Counted from the first letter of the stretch, positions 1-11,492 are shown. The stretch is DNA of 64,000 nucleotides from Sedimentisphaerales bacterium (GCA_963708075.1 OY970194.1:672001-736000); one strand, 5' to 3'. A program made the numbers and translations. Notes: generated by a model from the sequence alone, not told the origin.

Positions 1-1069
1 TGGATGGCAAGCTGTACGAGAAGATGCGGCCGCCGTACCAGATGCACCCGGCGATCGTCTCCCGCGTCAAGATCATGGCGGAACTCGATATCGCCCAGCG
101 ACGGCTCCCGCAGGACGGCGGCATCCACGTGCTCGTCGAAGGCCGCCCCATCGATCTGCGAGTCTCGGTCATGCCGGGCAATTTCGGCGAGAAGGTCGTC
201 ATCCGCGTGATCGATCCGCACAAGATCCTCTACAATCTCGAAGCGCTCGGCTTCACGTACGACAATCTGCTGCGCTTCCGCCAGGTGATTCAGATCCCGA
301 ACGGCATCGTCCTGGTTACCGGGCCCACCGGCTCCGGCAAGAATACGACCCTCTACGCGGCACTGTCCGAGTTGAACGGCGAGGAAGTGAACATCTGCAC
401 GGTCGAGGACCCGGTGGAGTGCAACATCTCCGGCATCAACCAGTTCCAGGTCAATGCCGCGGCGGGATTCGAGTTCTCGACGGCCCTGCGGCATCTGTTG
501 AGACAGGACCCGGACATCGTCATGGTCGGCGAAATCCGTGACATGGACACGGCCAGCATTGCCGTGCAGGCGGCGCTGACAGGGCACCTGGTGCTGTCCA
601 CCCTGCACACGAATGATGCTCCGGGCGCTGTGACCCGCCTGCTGGACTTGGGCGTCGCGCCTATCTGGTCAGTGCCTCGCTGCGAGGCGTGCTTGCCCAG
701 CGGCTGGTCCGCAAAATCTGCACGAACTGCAAAACGGAGTATGAGCCGCCTTCCAGCATTCGCAAGATGGTGGAGGGCGACGCGGGTTGGGTCGGCAAAT
801 TCTACCGGGGCGTCGGGTGCAAGAAATGCCGCAACACGGGATATACCGGCAGAATTGCCATCCAGGAGCTGTTTGTGCCCGACGATGAGGTCATGGAGAT
901 GATCAACGATCACGTGAGCACGAAGAAGCTGCGGAGCAAGGCGCTCGAGAAAGGGATGGTGCCGTTGTATGCGGACGGCATCGAAAAAGTGAAAGCCGGC
1001 ATCGTGTCGATCGAGGAGATCCTGCGAACCGCCGCTGTGGATAACCAGGGCGTAATCAGAGAGTTATGA
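1..1069 (+). CDS. pilB: PilB/GspE-family pilus/secretion assembly ATPase; 5'-partial, frameshift at ~660
   Basis: RRLPQDG, Walker A GPTGSGKNTT, EDPVE, LRQDPDIVMVGEIRD, TGHLVLSTLHTND in ORF 24..902; continues as LAQRLVRKIC..C...GCKKC.TGYTGR in ORF 689..1069; one missing base at 660-661 restores GVAPYLVSASLRG. Confidence 0.9.
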
Positions 1070-2253
1070 GCCAGTTGCTGACAGAGACACAGGACAGGCA
1101 GGTGGAGACGCTCACAGAGCCGGTCGGATCCGGTCCGCGCCGACGCGCCCATGCCTGCGCCGTCCGACCCGTCCGGTGGTCCCCACGCCTCTACAAGGCC
1201 AGGATCAAAAGCGGAGACCTCATTCTTTTCACGACACAGTTGGCCGTCATGCTCGACAGCGGAGTAGTGCTCAGCGATGCGCTGGACGCCATTTCCGAGC
1301 AGGCGGGCGACGCGAGGTTCAAGGCCATCACTCTCAGTATCTCCGAGCGGGTCAAAGGCGGCGAGAACTTCTCGAAAGCCCTCTCGGTTTATCCTCACAT
1401 TTTCAACCCGATGTTCATCAGTATGGTCAAGGCGTCGGAGGCCTCCGGCACGATGGTCGATATGCTCAACGTGCTCACGGGGTATCTGAACTTCGAGGCC
1501 CAGACCCGAAAACAGATCAGGGGCGCCATGACGTATCCAATCATCATGGTTCTCATGGCCATCGCCGCCACGGGCACCCTGATGTTCTTCGTCCTGCCCC
1601 GGTTCATGAGGATTTACGAGGCCAGGGGAGCGGAGCTGCCGAAGCTCACCCAAGTGCTGGTCGCCGGCAGCAAGATTCTGGGCAATCTGGAGATCATGAC
1701 CGGCATCATCACGAGCGTCGTTGTGCTTGGCGTATTCTTCCACTATTGGTCCGCCACGGTCACCGGCCGGCGGGTGATCGACCGTGTCAAGGTTCGCATC
1801 CCCATCATCGGCACCATGTTCGTGGACATGGTGATCACTCGCAGCATGCGAATCATGGCCACGATGGTCAACACGGGGGTCAAACTGCTGGATGCCATTC
1901 AGGTGATTGAAGGGTCGGTGGACAATTACTACTTCCAGCGGCTCTGGGCCCAGGTGCGTCAGAGAATCCAGGACGGCTACCAATTGTCCGAATCTATCCT
2001 GATTGCGGAAGGGTCGGAGTTGATCGCTCCGGGCATCATCCAGATGCTCCGGGCCGGCGAGAAAAGCGGGCGGCTCGGCGAGGTCTGTGACAAGGTCTCG
2101 GTCTTCTACGAAAAGAAGCTGGAGGCGTCGATCCGGAACGTCATGACGATGATCGAGCCGCTCATGATTACCATCCTTGGCTCCATCATCGGTACCGTCG
2201 CCATCGCGCTGCTGATGCCGGTCTTCCGCATCTCCAGCGTCATCGCGCATTGA
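1066..2253 (+). CDS. pilC: PilC/GspF-family inner-membrane platform protein
   Basis: FTTQLAVMLDSG, AMTYP, FVLPRF, AGEKSGRL, MIEPLM motifs; ATGA overlap with the ATPase gene. Confidence 0.92.
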   Translation: MSQLLTETQDRQVETLTEPVGSGPRRRAHACAVRPVRWSPRLYKARIKSGDLILFTTQLAVMLDSGVVLSDALDAISEQAGDARFKAITLSISERVKGGENFSKALSVYPHIFNPMFISMVKASEASGTMVDMLNVLTGYLNFEAQTRKQIRGAMTYPIIMVLMAIAATGTLMFFVLPRFMRIYEARGAELPKLTQVLVAGSKILGNLEIMTGIITSVVVLGVFFHYWSATVTGRRVIDRVKVRIPIIGTMFVDMVITRSMRIMATMVNTGVKLLDAIQVIEGSVDNYYFQRLWAQVRQRIQDGYQLSESILIAEGSELIAPGIIQMLRAGEKSGRLGEVCDKVSVFYEKKLEASIRNVMTMIEPLMITILGSIIGTVAIALLMPVFRISSVIAH

Positions 2254-2269
2254 GATGATCCGAGGACCA

Positions 2270-2884
2270 TCACAGGTTCACGGAGACCAGGACCTTGCGG
2301 CAGGTGCCGTGATTCCCCACGTGGCACAGTGCAAGCTGCGAGGCCGTGAATGGAATTGGGAAAGCGGTATCCGTCTTTGCCTTGCCGTGCCCGAGCGTAA
2401 TATGGGGTGAGAATCGCTCGAATGCAGCCTTCTGCGGGTAATCCCGAATCCACTCCAGTGTCGAGCCTGCAACGGTGTCGTCGGCAATCATCGCCTCAGT
2501 CACATCGTGGCTGAAGAGCGGCTCAAACTCCCGCATCACGGCCTCGTGCAAAGCCTGGAGCTTGTCCGTCCTCTCGATTTCGAGCCATGATGTATGCTCG
2601 CCACGCGAGTCAGTGGAGACAAGGATCCCGGTGGCGCTGAGTTGTCTCACAGGCATTTCCTCCGCGAGTCTTTGCAGCACCTCGCGGATGGAATCGATAT
2701 CGCGTCCATCAATGCATCCCATCGCCAGCGAAATATGCGGTAGACAGGCCTGCTCACTCAGTACGATCTCTGAGCCGTGTTGTCCGACCAACTCCCTGTT
2801 GATCTCTACGACCAGTCGGATCATGTCTCGATCCGGCAAAAGCGCCACATCTGTGGCAATCCGGCCCATGTCATTTTGCCTCAC
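2270..2884 (-). CDS. 2H phosphoesterase (2'-5' RNA ligase family)
   Basis: Two HxS/T motifs: PHISL and PHITL. Confidence 0.75.
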   Translation of the reverse strand: MRQNDMGRIATDVALLPDRDMIRLVVEINRELVGQHGSEIVLSEQACLPHISLAMGCIDGRDIDSIREVLQRLAEEMPVRQLSATGILVSTDSRGEHTSWLEIERTDKLQALHEAVMREFEPLFSHDVTEAMIADDTVAGSTLEWIRDYPQKAAFERFSPHITLGHGKAKTDTAFPIPFTASQLALCHVGNHGTCRKVLVSVNL

Positions 2885-3029
2885 TGGCGGAAGTCCTCTC
2901 GTTTGGTGTACCGGGCACAGGCCCTGCAGCGCTTATCCTTGTAACCTGGAACTCTCCTGCGACGAAATATACTATGAATGTGATGATCGTTGCTGTCGTC
3001 ATGGGAGCCGTCCGCAAGGCAGTGTCAGG

Positions 3030-3401
3030 CTAGTGGTTTTCGAGGACCTCCTCGTCCGCCTCCCGCCACGCAGGGTCCACGATGCACAGAAAAACCAAGT
3101 CATCCTTGCCCGTATTCAGGATATGTTGGACGGAGCCGGGAGGAATGTAGATCGCACAGTCCGGCTCGACGTCGGCTGCTTCCGCGTCGATGTGCATCCT
3201 GCCGCGGCCGCTGAGAATGTAGTATACTTCCGCCGTCTTGAGCTGATGGGCTTTCGTTTTCTCACCGGCTGCGACTCTCGCATGGGCGAGACTGTACCGA
3301 ATCGCGAGGTCTGCCTTGTCCGGGTGAAGGAACTCTCGCAGAATGGAGCCATCGCCCGCCACGAATTGCTCACAGTCTCTCAGCCGGCGTACCCGCATCA
3401 T
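3030..3401 (-). CDS. Cupin domain protein
   Basis: AHQLKTAEVYYILSGRG and YIPPGSVQHILN cupin motifs; ATG at 3401 overlaps the nupC stop and follows GGGAGG. Confidence 0.8.
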   Translation of the reverse strand: MMRVRRLRDCEQFVAGDGSILREFLHPDKADLAIRYSLAHARVAAGEKTKAHQLKTAEVYYILSGRGRMHIDAEAADVEPDCAIYIPPGSVQHILNTGKDDLVFLCIVDPAWREADEEVLENH

Positions 3402-4712
3402 GAGCCTCCCAGCAGGATCGAGCCCTCGGTGAAGAACGTCCCCGCCACGGCGGCGGTCATCAGGCAGGCGAGGGTGGCGGCGATCAGCGCTCGCACGGCG
3501 ATTGGCCCGACGTTCTTTGTGAGCGACGGGGCCAGGGCGCAGGCGCTTCCGACGAAAATGGCCATGGACGCGATGTGGGCAAATCCGCACAGTGCGTACG
3601 TTGTGATGACGACTGACCGGGGATCGTGCAGCAAGCCCTGCTTCATCGCCTCCGCGAGGTCACTGTAGGAGACTACTTCCGTGACGATCAACCGCTCGCC
3701 GATGATGCGGGAAACCTCGCCGGCGTCACTGGGCGGCACACCCAGCGCCAGCGTCAGCGGGTAGAAGAGATAGGCGAACAGGCCTCGCAGTGACCACTGG
3801 CCTTCGAGAACCGAGCAATGGGTTGATGAGATTGCCGAGACTTGACAATCCCAAGTCCACAAGGGCGACCAGGCCCAACACCGCGATCAGCAGGGCGACG
3901 ATACCGGCAATCATCCGCACGCCGGCATTGGCACCGTTGATGATGGCCTCAAACAGGCTGCTGTCCTTCTCATAATAAGGCTCTACGTGCACGCCGAGCG
4001 TTTCCGGCTTCTGTCCCTCGGGTAGCATGACCTTGGACATGACCAGGGCGGCGGGGGCCGACAGTAACGATGCTGAGATCAGGTGTCCCGCGATCGTGGG
4101 GAACTGGTCCTGCAGGGTCAGCACGTAGAGCGCCAGCACGTTTGATGCAACGGTCGCCATCCCCGCCGTGAGAACGGTGCAGACCTCCGAGCGTGTCATA
4201 CGCGGCAGATAGGGCTTGATAGTCAGCATCGATTCGACGCCCACGAAGATGTTGCTGGCTGTCACGAGCGACTCCGCTCCGGACACCCGCATCAGGCGAG
4301 TGAAGACCCACGCAAAGCCCTTGATCAGCAGCGGCATGATTCGCACATAGTACAGAATCGCAATCAGAGCCGAAAAGAAGATGATCGTCGGGAATGCCTG
4401 GAAGGCCAGCATGAAGCCGAGTGATTCCGCTCCATCCGTGCCGACCTGTCCCGGCCCGAGCGCCAGCCGGCCGAAGACGAACCGGGCCCCTTCCCCCGCG
4501 GAGTCGAGAATCTTGACGACCACGTCGTTGACGACGAGGAAGACCTTTGTCCCAGCCGGAACTCTGAAGATGAAGCCTGCCAGCAGCAACTGCAGGCCGA
4601 TCGCCCAGCCGATCAGCCGCCAGTTCATGTTCCGCCGATCCGACGACAGAACCCATGCCACCCCCAGCAAGATGAAGATCCCGATGAAGCTGACGAAGTT
4701 ATAGATACCCAT
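3398..4712 (-). CDS. nupC: NupC/CNT-family Na+/nucleoside transporter; frameshift at ~3810
   Basis: FQAFPTIIFFSAL, SGAESL, GMATVAS in 3726..4712; TYALCGFAH in 3398..3862; removing one base at 3809-3810 joins the frames as LGLEGQWSLRG. Confidence 0.88.
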
Positions 4713-4769
4713 ACGCCCGCATTCTACCCGCCACCAGATGCTCTGGCTATCGTCTTGCCCGCCGCCGGC

Positions 4770-7310
4770 CTACTGCGCCCACTTGACCATCTCAGGATAG
4801 AGGTCCTGCAGGATCGGCGAGGCGGGCTTGATGCGGGCATTCATGCTGAACAGTCCGCGGCCTGCCATCTCTAACTCACACTCGAAGACGATGGCGACCG
4901 TTCCCACGTTCCTGGGTCGCATCGGGATGATCTTGTGCTCGTTCTGATCATGCAGCAGGCAGAACAGCTCGACCGTGAACAAGTCCGGCGGGGCCCCATG
5001 CAGACGCAGCTCGCATGTGATCTTGACTCGCTCGCCCTCTGTGACGACTTCCTTCTTGTCCACGCTCGTGGCAAGTCCCCCGATGGCGATTCGATCCCAA
5101 TATGTCTGCACCTCCTGCATGCTGCGCAGGGCATGCCGCAGCGAAGCGTAGTTCTCACGAGTAAGGGCATCGAGGGCGGTCGTGGCCGGCATGTACAGTT
5201 TGTCGGTGTACTCTGCAAAGACCCGACCCATGTTGAATCGGCAGCCGACGGAGGAGATGGATTCCTTCATCATCTCGGTCCACCGGACGGGGACGCCGGC
5301 CTCGTTGCGGTCGTAAAACGACTCCGTGATGCTCTCCTCGATCAGGTCGTAAATCTGCGCGGCCTCCGCTGCTTCCTGCATCTCCAACTGGCTGTGGTAT
5401 CCGGCCCCTGTGATGGCCCAGCCGTTCTTGCCGTTGTACGCCTCGGGCCACCAGCCATCCAGGACGCTCATGTTCAGCACCCCGTTCAATGCCGCCTTCA
5501 TGCCCGAGGTCCCGCTTGCCTCATTCTCACGGATGGGATTGTTGAGCCACACATCCGCGCCCCAGACCAGGTGCCTGGCGACGTTGATGTCGTAATTCTC
5601 GACAAAGACGACGCGATCCTCCAGTTGGTACGTCTTCGCAAAGTCGACAATCTCCTTGATCATGCTCTTGCCCAATTCGTCCGCCGGATGCGCCTTGCCG
5701 GCAAAAATGAGCTGCACGGGCTTCGTGGAGTTGCTCAGGATCTTCGCCAGGCGGTCCTTGTCTTTCAGGATGAGCGTCGGTCTCTTGTATCGGGCGAACC
5801 GTCTCGCAAAGACGATCGTCAGGTACTCCGGGTTGAGCGCCCGCGTCAGCTTCAGAATCTTGGGCTCGACGTACCCTCTGGCCGCAAGGTCGTCCGCGAG
5901 TTTCTTGCGGATGAAGGTGATCAGGCTCTGCTTATTGCGGTGGTGGGCCTGCCACATCTCCTCATCGTCCACCCCGAGCACGTCCGCCCATCGTTCAGGC
6001 CTGTCGGGGCAGCGGATGTAATCCGGGCCGATATGCCGTTCGAGCAACTGGTTGATCGGTTCGCTCACCCACGAGTAATGGACGCCATTGGTGACATATC
6101 CCACCGGGATTTCCGTCTCCGGGCGCTCGGGGAACAGGCTCGACCACATCCGCCGGGACACGTCCCGATGCAGTTTCGATACGGCATTGACATGGCTGGA
6201 GAATCGCATCGCAAACGCCGGCAGCCAGAAGACTCTCTTCTCGGCATTGATGAATCCGTGAGCCACCAGATCATCCCAGGAAACATCCAGCGACTCCACC
6301 TCCCGTTCGAGGTACTGGCGGACCAGATCGACATCGAAGCTTTCGTTGCCGGCGACCACAGGCGTGTGGGTGGTGAACACGGTGGAAGCGCGGATGACGG
6401 CCTTGGCCTCCTGGAAGCTGAGGTGGTCCCGGTTCATCAATCTCTGCAGCCGCGCGACGATCAGAAAGGTGGAGTGGCCTTCATTGATGTGATAGATCCT
6501 CGGCTTGATGCCCAGGCGTTCGAGCGCGGTGATGCCGCCGATTCCGAGGACGAGTTCCTGCTGCAGCCGCTTGGCCCGGTCCCCAACATACAGCTCGTGG
6601 GTAATGTCCCTCAGGTGCGGGGGGTTCTCCTCAATGTCCGTGTCAAGCAGGACCAGCCGGGTCTTGCCGACGTCCATCTCCCACAACTTGATCTTCAGAG
6701 GCTGATCGAGGATCCGCATCTCGAGATAGGCCGTCTCACCTTCCGGCGACCGCAGCTCCCGCATCGGGATGAAATGATTGTCGAACTCGAGGAACAACTC
6801 CTCCTGCTCGCCGTTGATGCCGATCCGCTGAGTGAAGTACCCGTATTTGTAGATCAAGCCGATGCCGACCAGGGGTACGTTCAGGTCCGAGGCGGCCTTG
6901 AGAAAATCGCCGGACAGAACGCCCAGACCCCCGCCGTAGATCGGAATGCACTCGTGCAGCCCGAATTCCATGGCAAAGTAGGCGACGACGTCATCAGGCT
7001 CCAATGTCCCGCCACGGGCGGTGTGGAACTGCTCGCTGTACCGCATATACTCTTCGTATCGCTGACACACCTTGTCCAATTCGAATAAGAAGCCTCGATC
7101 CTTGGACAGTTGTGCAATGCGTTCGGTAGGCAGGCTGAGCAGGAACTGGACAGGATTATGGTTGACCGCCCGGAAGAGTTGCCCGTCGATCCGGTAGAAC
7201 AGGCGGATCGCGTCATAATTCCAGGTGCACCAGAGGTTGTAGGCGAGTGCGTGGAGCTTCTTCAGATTGTCCGGAAGCTTGGGATAGACAAAGATATTCT
7301 TCTGGATCAT
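4770..7310 (-). CDS. glgP: Alpha-glucan (glycogen/maltodextrin) phosphorylase, GT35
   Basis: AYFAMEFGL, GGGLGVLSGD, HINEGH, FTTHTP, ARRFARYKR, PLP-site EASGTSGMK. Confidence 0.95.
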   Translation of the reverse strand: MIQKNIFVYPKLPDNLKKLHALAYNLWCTWNYDAIRLFYRIDGQLFRAVNHNPVQFLLSLPTERIAQLSKDRGFLFELDKVCQRYEEYMRYSEQFHTARGGTLEPDDVVAYFAMEFGLHECIPIYGGGLGVLSGDFLKAASDLNVPLVGIGLIYKYGYFTQRIGINGEQEELFLEFDNHFIPMRELRSPEGETAYLEMRILDQPLKIKLWEMDVGKTRLVLLDTDIEENPPHLRDITHELYVGDRAKRLQQELVLGIGGITALERLGIKPRIYHINEGHSTFLIVARLQRLMNRDHLSFQEAKAVIRASTVFTTHTPVVAGNESFDVDLVRQYLEREVESLDVSWDDLVAHGFINAEKRVFWLPAFAMRFSSHVNAVSKLHRDVSRRMWSSLFPERPETEIPVGYVTNGVHYSWVSEPINQLLERHIGPDYIRCPDRPERWADVLGVDDEEMWQAHHRNKQSLITFIRKKLADDLAARGYVEPKILKLTRALNPEYLTIVFARRFARYKRPTLILKDKDRLAKILSNSTKPVQLIFAGKAHPADELGKSMIKEIVDFAKTYQLEDRVVFVENYDINVARHLVWGADVWLNNPIRENEASGTSGMKAALNGVLNMSVLDGWWPEAYNGKNGWAITGAGYHSQLEMQEAAEAAQIYDLIEESITESFYDRNEAGVPVRWTEMMKESISSVGCRFNMGRVFAEYTDKLYMPATTALDALTRENYASLRHALRSMQEVQTYWDRIAIGGLATSVDKKEVVTEGERVKITCELRLHGAPPDLFTVELFCLLHDQNEHKIIPMRPRNVGTVAIVFECELEMAGRGLFSMNARIKPASPILQDLYPEMVKWAQ

Positions 7311-7586
7311 TTCCTTATGTCTCCAATTTGAGCTCGTGCGTCGTTCGGTTGCGGCAGCATCCTGTTCTGCCCTCAGACTATCGCTTCAGTCTGTGTTCAA
7401 CGAGGTCCGGCGGAGCGGACACGTTTCACTCACAGGTTCTCCTGTTTTGGATGCATTTTACCTGTTGGTCCTGCACCGAGTCCACAAGGAAACATCGGAA
7501 CCGTAAGATTGCAGGATTCCACATCGCAGGGGCCGGTAAAATGGCGTGTGAAGTCGTGGGACAGGTGAATCCCGCCGGCCGGTGGC

Positions 7587-7615
7587 TTGACCGACCAGCG
7601 CAGGGGGAGTATTCT
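7587..7615 (+). promoter_or_regulatory. Putative sigma70-type promoter
   Basis: TTGACC-17 nt-TATTCT upstream of ORF 7704. Confidence 0.4.
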
Positions 7616-7703
7616 GTGAATCTCGCCGTTCGGGAGTAACCAGACCGACGGCACTGGGCGGCTCTTGTTAGGATCAGCGTGAGATCTTGCAGAAAGGTGG
7701 GAC

Positions 7704-9719
7704 GTGCAGCGTGGCCTGACGAAGAACTCCGGAGGCGGTGTTGGCGTGCAGGCGGTTTTGGCCGTGCTGAGTGCCGCCGGTGTTGTCCTCGTGCTCGTGT
7801 GTACGTCGCGATACGGCGTGGGCTTGTCCCCGGACTCCGCCAACTATCTGTCCGCCGCGAGGAGCTTGCTGGCGGGAACAGGATTCCACTATTGTGATGG
7901 TGGAATCTATACCCATTGGCCACCGCTGTTTCCGAGTCTGCTGGCCATGTTCGGCCTGGTGGGGGTGGAACCTCAGACGGGTGCTCGGTTTCTCAACGCG
8001 TTTGCGTTCGGGGCGATCGTATTCGTTTCGGGGAGATTGTTCCTGACGTGCACGACGTCCAACGCCTTTGCGGTGCTGGGCACATTGTCCATCGTACTGT
8101 CGGCGCCGCTGCTGACGATCTCGACCATGGCCTTGTCGGAACCGGTGTTCATCCTGCTGGCGGCTCTGTTCGTTCTGTGTATCGCGAGCTTTCTGGGCAC
8201 GGGGCGGTGGTCGTTGCTCCTGGTGACCTCCATCCTGGCGGCGCTTGCCTGCTTGCAGAGGTACGCGGGCGTCACATTGATCATGACAGGCGGTCTTCTT
8301 CTGACATTGTGTCCGGTCGGGACATCCCTCTGGAGAAGAATGGGATACCTGGCGGTGTTCGGTGCGATCTCAAGCTCGCCGCTGGCCGCTTGGATAATCC
8401 GCAACCGGATTGTGACGGGGGAAACGGCAGGCGCGCATCACTTTCACCTTGGTTCCGGCCGCGAGCTTGGCCGGTCCATGATGTCGGCGGTGGATGTCGT
8501 GGCGCCGTGGCTCTTTCCCAAATTGTCTTCCGTGACAATGGAGCTGGTGGGTCTGGGGCTGATTCTGCTCGCCGCCGGGATTGTGGTGGTCGTTGCCCGC
8601 CGCACTTTCAGAGATCCCGATGTTGCCGTGGCATCGATGCAGATCGGGTCGGTGGCTGTTTTCGGATTGGTCTACTGTACCTTTCTAGTCGTCTCCGGTG
8701 CCGGGCTCTCGTGGAACCCCAACGAGCGGGTCATGCTGCCGGCATACGTGTTCATCATGGTGCTGGTATTTACCGGCGTCAGGGACGCGTCCATGCTGCT
8801 CGCTGCGCTGCCGACAGGCGGGCGATGCGGGGAATGGGCCGGCCTTCTCCTCTGTATTCTCTGGCTTCTGTATCCTCTTTCCCAGGCGGACAAATGCGTC
8901 GAATCCTGCATCCGGGAAGGCGCCGGCGATTACCGCTGGCCCTTGTGGCAAGGGTCGCCTCTGATCCGGTGGCTGCGGGAGAACCCCTTGCAGGGCGACG
9001 CCTACAGCAACGTTCCCGGTGAGGTGTACCTTCTTGCAGGAGTGCCCGCGAAGACCACGCCGCACTACTACTGGGACACGACGCAATTTGCCGCCAACAT
9101 GTCCTCATCACAGGTGAACTACATCATCTGGTCGGAGAACCTGCACCTGGATTTCCTGTACGACCTGCGGGAGCTTGCTTCGCGGTGGCGGATGACTGAG
9201 ATTGCGACGTTTTCCGATGGTGCGATCTACCGGTTTGTGAGTGATGGTGGTCCCGGCGTATTCGGGGTGCACCGCTTTTGGAACCCGCAGAAAGACAGAC
9301 ATTACTATACGTTGAACAAACGGGAAATCGAGATGATCAATCTCCATCAGGGGCGTCAGTGGAAAGACGAAGGGGCCGTCTTCTACGTGTATTCCTGCGA
9401 TCAACGTCCCGCGGATACACTGCCGGTCTACCAGTTCTCGTCGCAAGCCCTGGAGAGTCGGTTCTACACGATGCAGGAGGCGGAGAAGGACAAGTTGATC
9501 CGCGAGTACCCACAGGTCTGGACGTATGAAGGCGCTGCCTGGTATGCCTACCCGGAGGGGCGGCAGCCGGCGGAGGCGCGGCCGGTCTTTCGGCTCTGGT
9601 CCGATACTCTCCAGACCCATTTCTACACGATCGATGAACGCGAGAAGGACTGGCTCATTCGGGAGTACCCCCAGGTATGGAGGTGTGAGGGTATTGTGTG
9701 GTATGCCTATGGTAAGTAA
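7704..9719 (+). CDS. Polytopic membrane protein, GT-C (ArnT/PMT-like) glycosyltransferase candidate, with C-terminal DUF5648-like repeats
   Basis: SPDSANYLSAA, HWPPLFP, LSEPVF, RYAG motifs with many TM segments; three C-terminal H/R-(Y/F)YT...E...W..EG repeats. Confidence 0.6.
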   Translation: MQRGLTKNSGGGVGVQAVLAVLSAAGVVLVLVCTSRYGVGLSPDSANYLSAARSLLAGTGFHYCDGGIYTHWPPLFPSLLAMFGLVGVEPQTGARFLNAFAFGAIVFVSGRLFLTCTTSNAFAVLGTLSIVLSAPLLTISTMALSEPVFILLAALFVLCIASFLGTGRWSLLLVTSILAALACLQRYAGVTLIMTGGLLLTLCPVGTSLWRRMGYLAVFGAISSSPLAAWIIRNRIVTGETAGAHHFHLGSGRELGRSMMSAVDVVAPWLFPKLSSVTMELVGLGLILLAAGIVVVVARRTFRDPDVAVASMQIGSVAVFGLVYCTFLVVSGAGLSWNPNERVMLPAYVFIMVLVFTGVRDASMLLAALPTGGRCGEWAGLLLCILWLLYPLSQADKCVESCIREGAGDYRWPLWQGSPLIRWLRENPLQGDAYSNVPGEVYLLAGVPAKTTPHYYWDTTQFAANMSSSQVNYIIWSENLHLDFLYDLRELASRWRMTEIATFSDGAIYRFVSDGGPGVFGVHRFWNPQKDRHYYTLNKREIEMINLHQGRQWKDEGAVFYVYSCDQRPADTLPVYQFSSQALESRFYTMQEAEKDKLIREYPQVWTYEGAAWYAYPEGRQPAEARPVFRLWSDTLQTHFYTIDEREKDWLIREYPQVWRCEGIVWYAYGK

Positions 9720-9764
9720 TGGTGATCTTCGGCCACGGTGGACCGTCTTCGGCGGGGGGCTGTG

Positions 9765-11349
9765 ATGTCGCACAAAACGGCGATCATCGTCGGAGCGGGA
9801 CCCGGTGGACTTACCGCTGCCTACGAGCTGCAGACACGAACGGATATACGCCCCGTGGTCTATGAAATGGCGGACATGGTGGGCGGCATCTCGAAGACCT
9901 TCAACTACAAGGGCAACCGGATCGATATCGGGGGGCACCGTTTCTACTCCAAATCGAGCAGGGTGGTGGACTGGTGGTCGCATATCCTGCCCGTGCAGGG
10001 GCCATCATCAAGAGATGGGCAGGCGGCGGACGGCGCCGTGTCGAATCTGATCGACCCCAACGGACCGGATCCGGAGCAGACCGACCGCGTCATGCTCGTC
10101 CGCGAACGCCGGTCGCGAATCCTGTTCGCCGGGAAGCTCTTCAATTATCCCTTGTCCGCGAGTCTTGAGAACCCTCCTGAAACTCGGCTGCCGGCGCACG
10201 ACCCGGATCCTGGCCAGTTACCTCCGGGCCCGGGCCTTCCCCATCCGGAGCGAGAAATCCCTGGAGGACTTCTTTGTCAATCGTTTCGGCCGGGCCCTCT
10301 ACGGGACGTTTTTCAAGGACTACACGGAGAAACTCTGGGGCGTTCCCTGCAGCCAGATCAGCCCGGAGTGGGGCGCCCAGCGGGTGAAGGGACTGTCGAT
10401 CTCCAAGGCGTTGCTGGACGCGTGGAGACGTGCCTTCCCGAAGGATATTCAGGATGCAGTCACGGAGACCAGTCTGATCCGGCACTTTCTGTATCCGAAG
10501 CTTGGGCCGGGCCAAATGTGGTCGGAGGTGGCTCGCATCATCGAAGAGAGAGGCGGGGCTGTTCACCTGGGCCGGAAGATCGTGGGCCTCAGGCACGACG
10601 GGTTCAGGATTACGGGGGTGACCGTGAGGGATGAAAAGAGCGGCCGGACCACCGACGTGGAAGCAGATTACTTCTTCTCCACCATGCCGGTCAAAGAGCT
10701 GATCGCGGGGCTTGGCTCATCGGTGCCCCGTGAGGTCGGAGAAGTCGCCCAGGGCCTTGTGTATCGCGATTTCATTACCGTCGGTCTCCTGCTGAAGAAA
10801 TGGGGCGCAGGAACCGATCCAAACGGTAAGGGGCCTCCCGGGCTGATTCCGGATTGCTGGTTGTACATCCACGATCCGTCTGTGAAAATGGGACGCGTCC
10901 AGGTGTTCAACAACTGGAGTCCTTATCTGCTGAACGATGAAGCGACGATCTGGGTAGGCGTGGAATACTTCTGCAATGAGAGCGATCAGCTATGGAGCAT
11001 GCAAGACCGCGATCTTGCGGCGATGGCGATAGAAGAGATGGCGAGAATCCATTTTCTTTCCAAGGCGGATGTGCTGGACAGCACCATCATTCGAATGCCC
11101 AAGGCATATCCGGCCTACACCGGCACATACGGTGGTTTTGACCGGGTCCGCGACTATACCGACCGCTTTGAGAATCTGTTCCTTATCGGCCGAAACGGGA
11201 TGCACAAGTACAACAACATGGATCACTCCATGTTGTCGGCTATGGTCGCTGTGGACAACATCGTTCACAACGTGAAGTCGAAGGAGAGTATCTGGCTGGT
11301 CAACACGGAACGGGATTACCAGGAGAGCGCCTGCCGGAAGCCGTGCTGA
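9765..11349 (+). CDS. NAD(P)/FAD-dependent oxidoreductase (protoporphyrinogen oxidase / UDP-galactopyranose mutase-like); frameshift at ~10165
   Basis: [23 protein letters not shown] in first frame; [25 protein letters not shown] in second; an extra T at ~10165 splits them. Confidence 0.82.
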
Positions 11350-11412
11350 GCGGGCGGCGGCAGGTCCCCTCGCGTTGCCCATCACACCCCGTCCGCATGG
11401 AAACAAAGAGTC

Positions 11413-11441
11413 TTGACGGGACATTGACGCGGGCCTATGAT
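11413..11441 (+). promoter_or_regulatory. Putative sigma70-type promoter
   Basis: TTGACG-17 nt-TATGAT about 50 nt upstream of the FHA gene start. Confidence 0.5.
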
Positions 11442-11492
11442 GAACCCGCTTGCGAAAACTCGGATATCAGGACAACTATCGAGGCTTGGGCT

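Noticed and set aside
4935..7088. Long ORFs antisense to real genes (e.g. 4935..7088, 19747..21561, 51874..53904, 57941..59926)
   Set aside because: Shadow ORFs expected from high-GC codon bias; no recognisable motifs.
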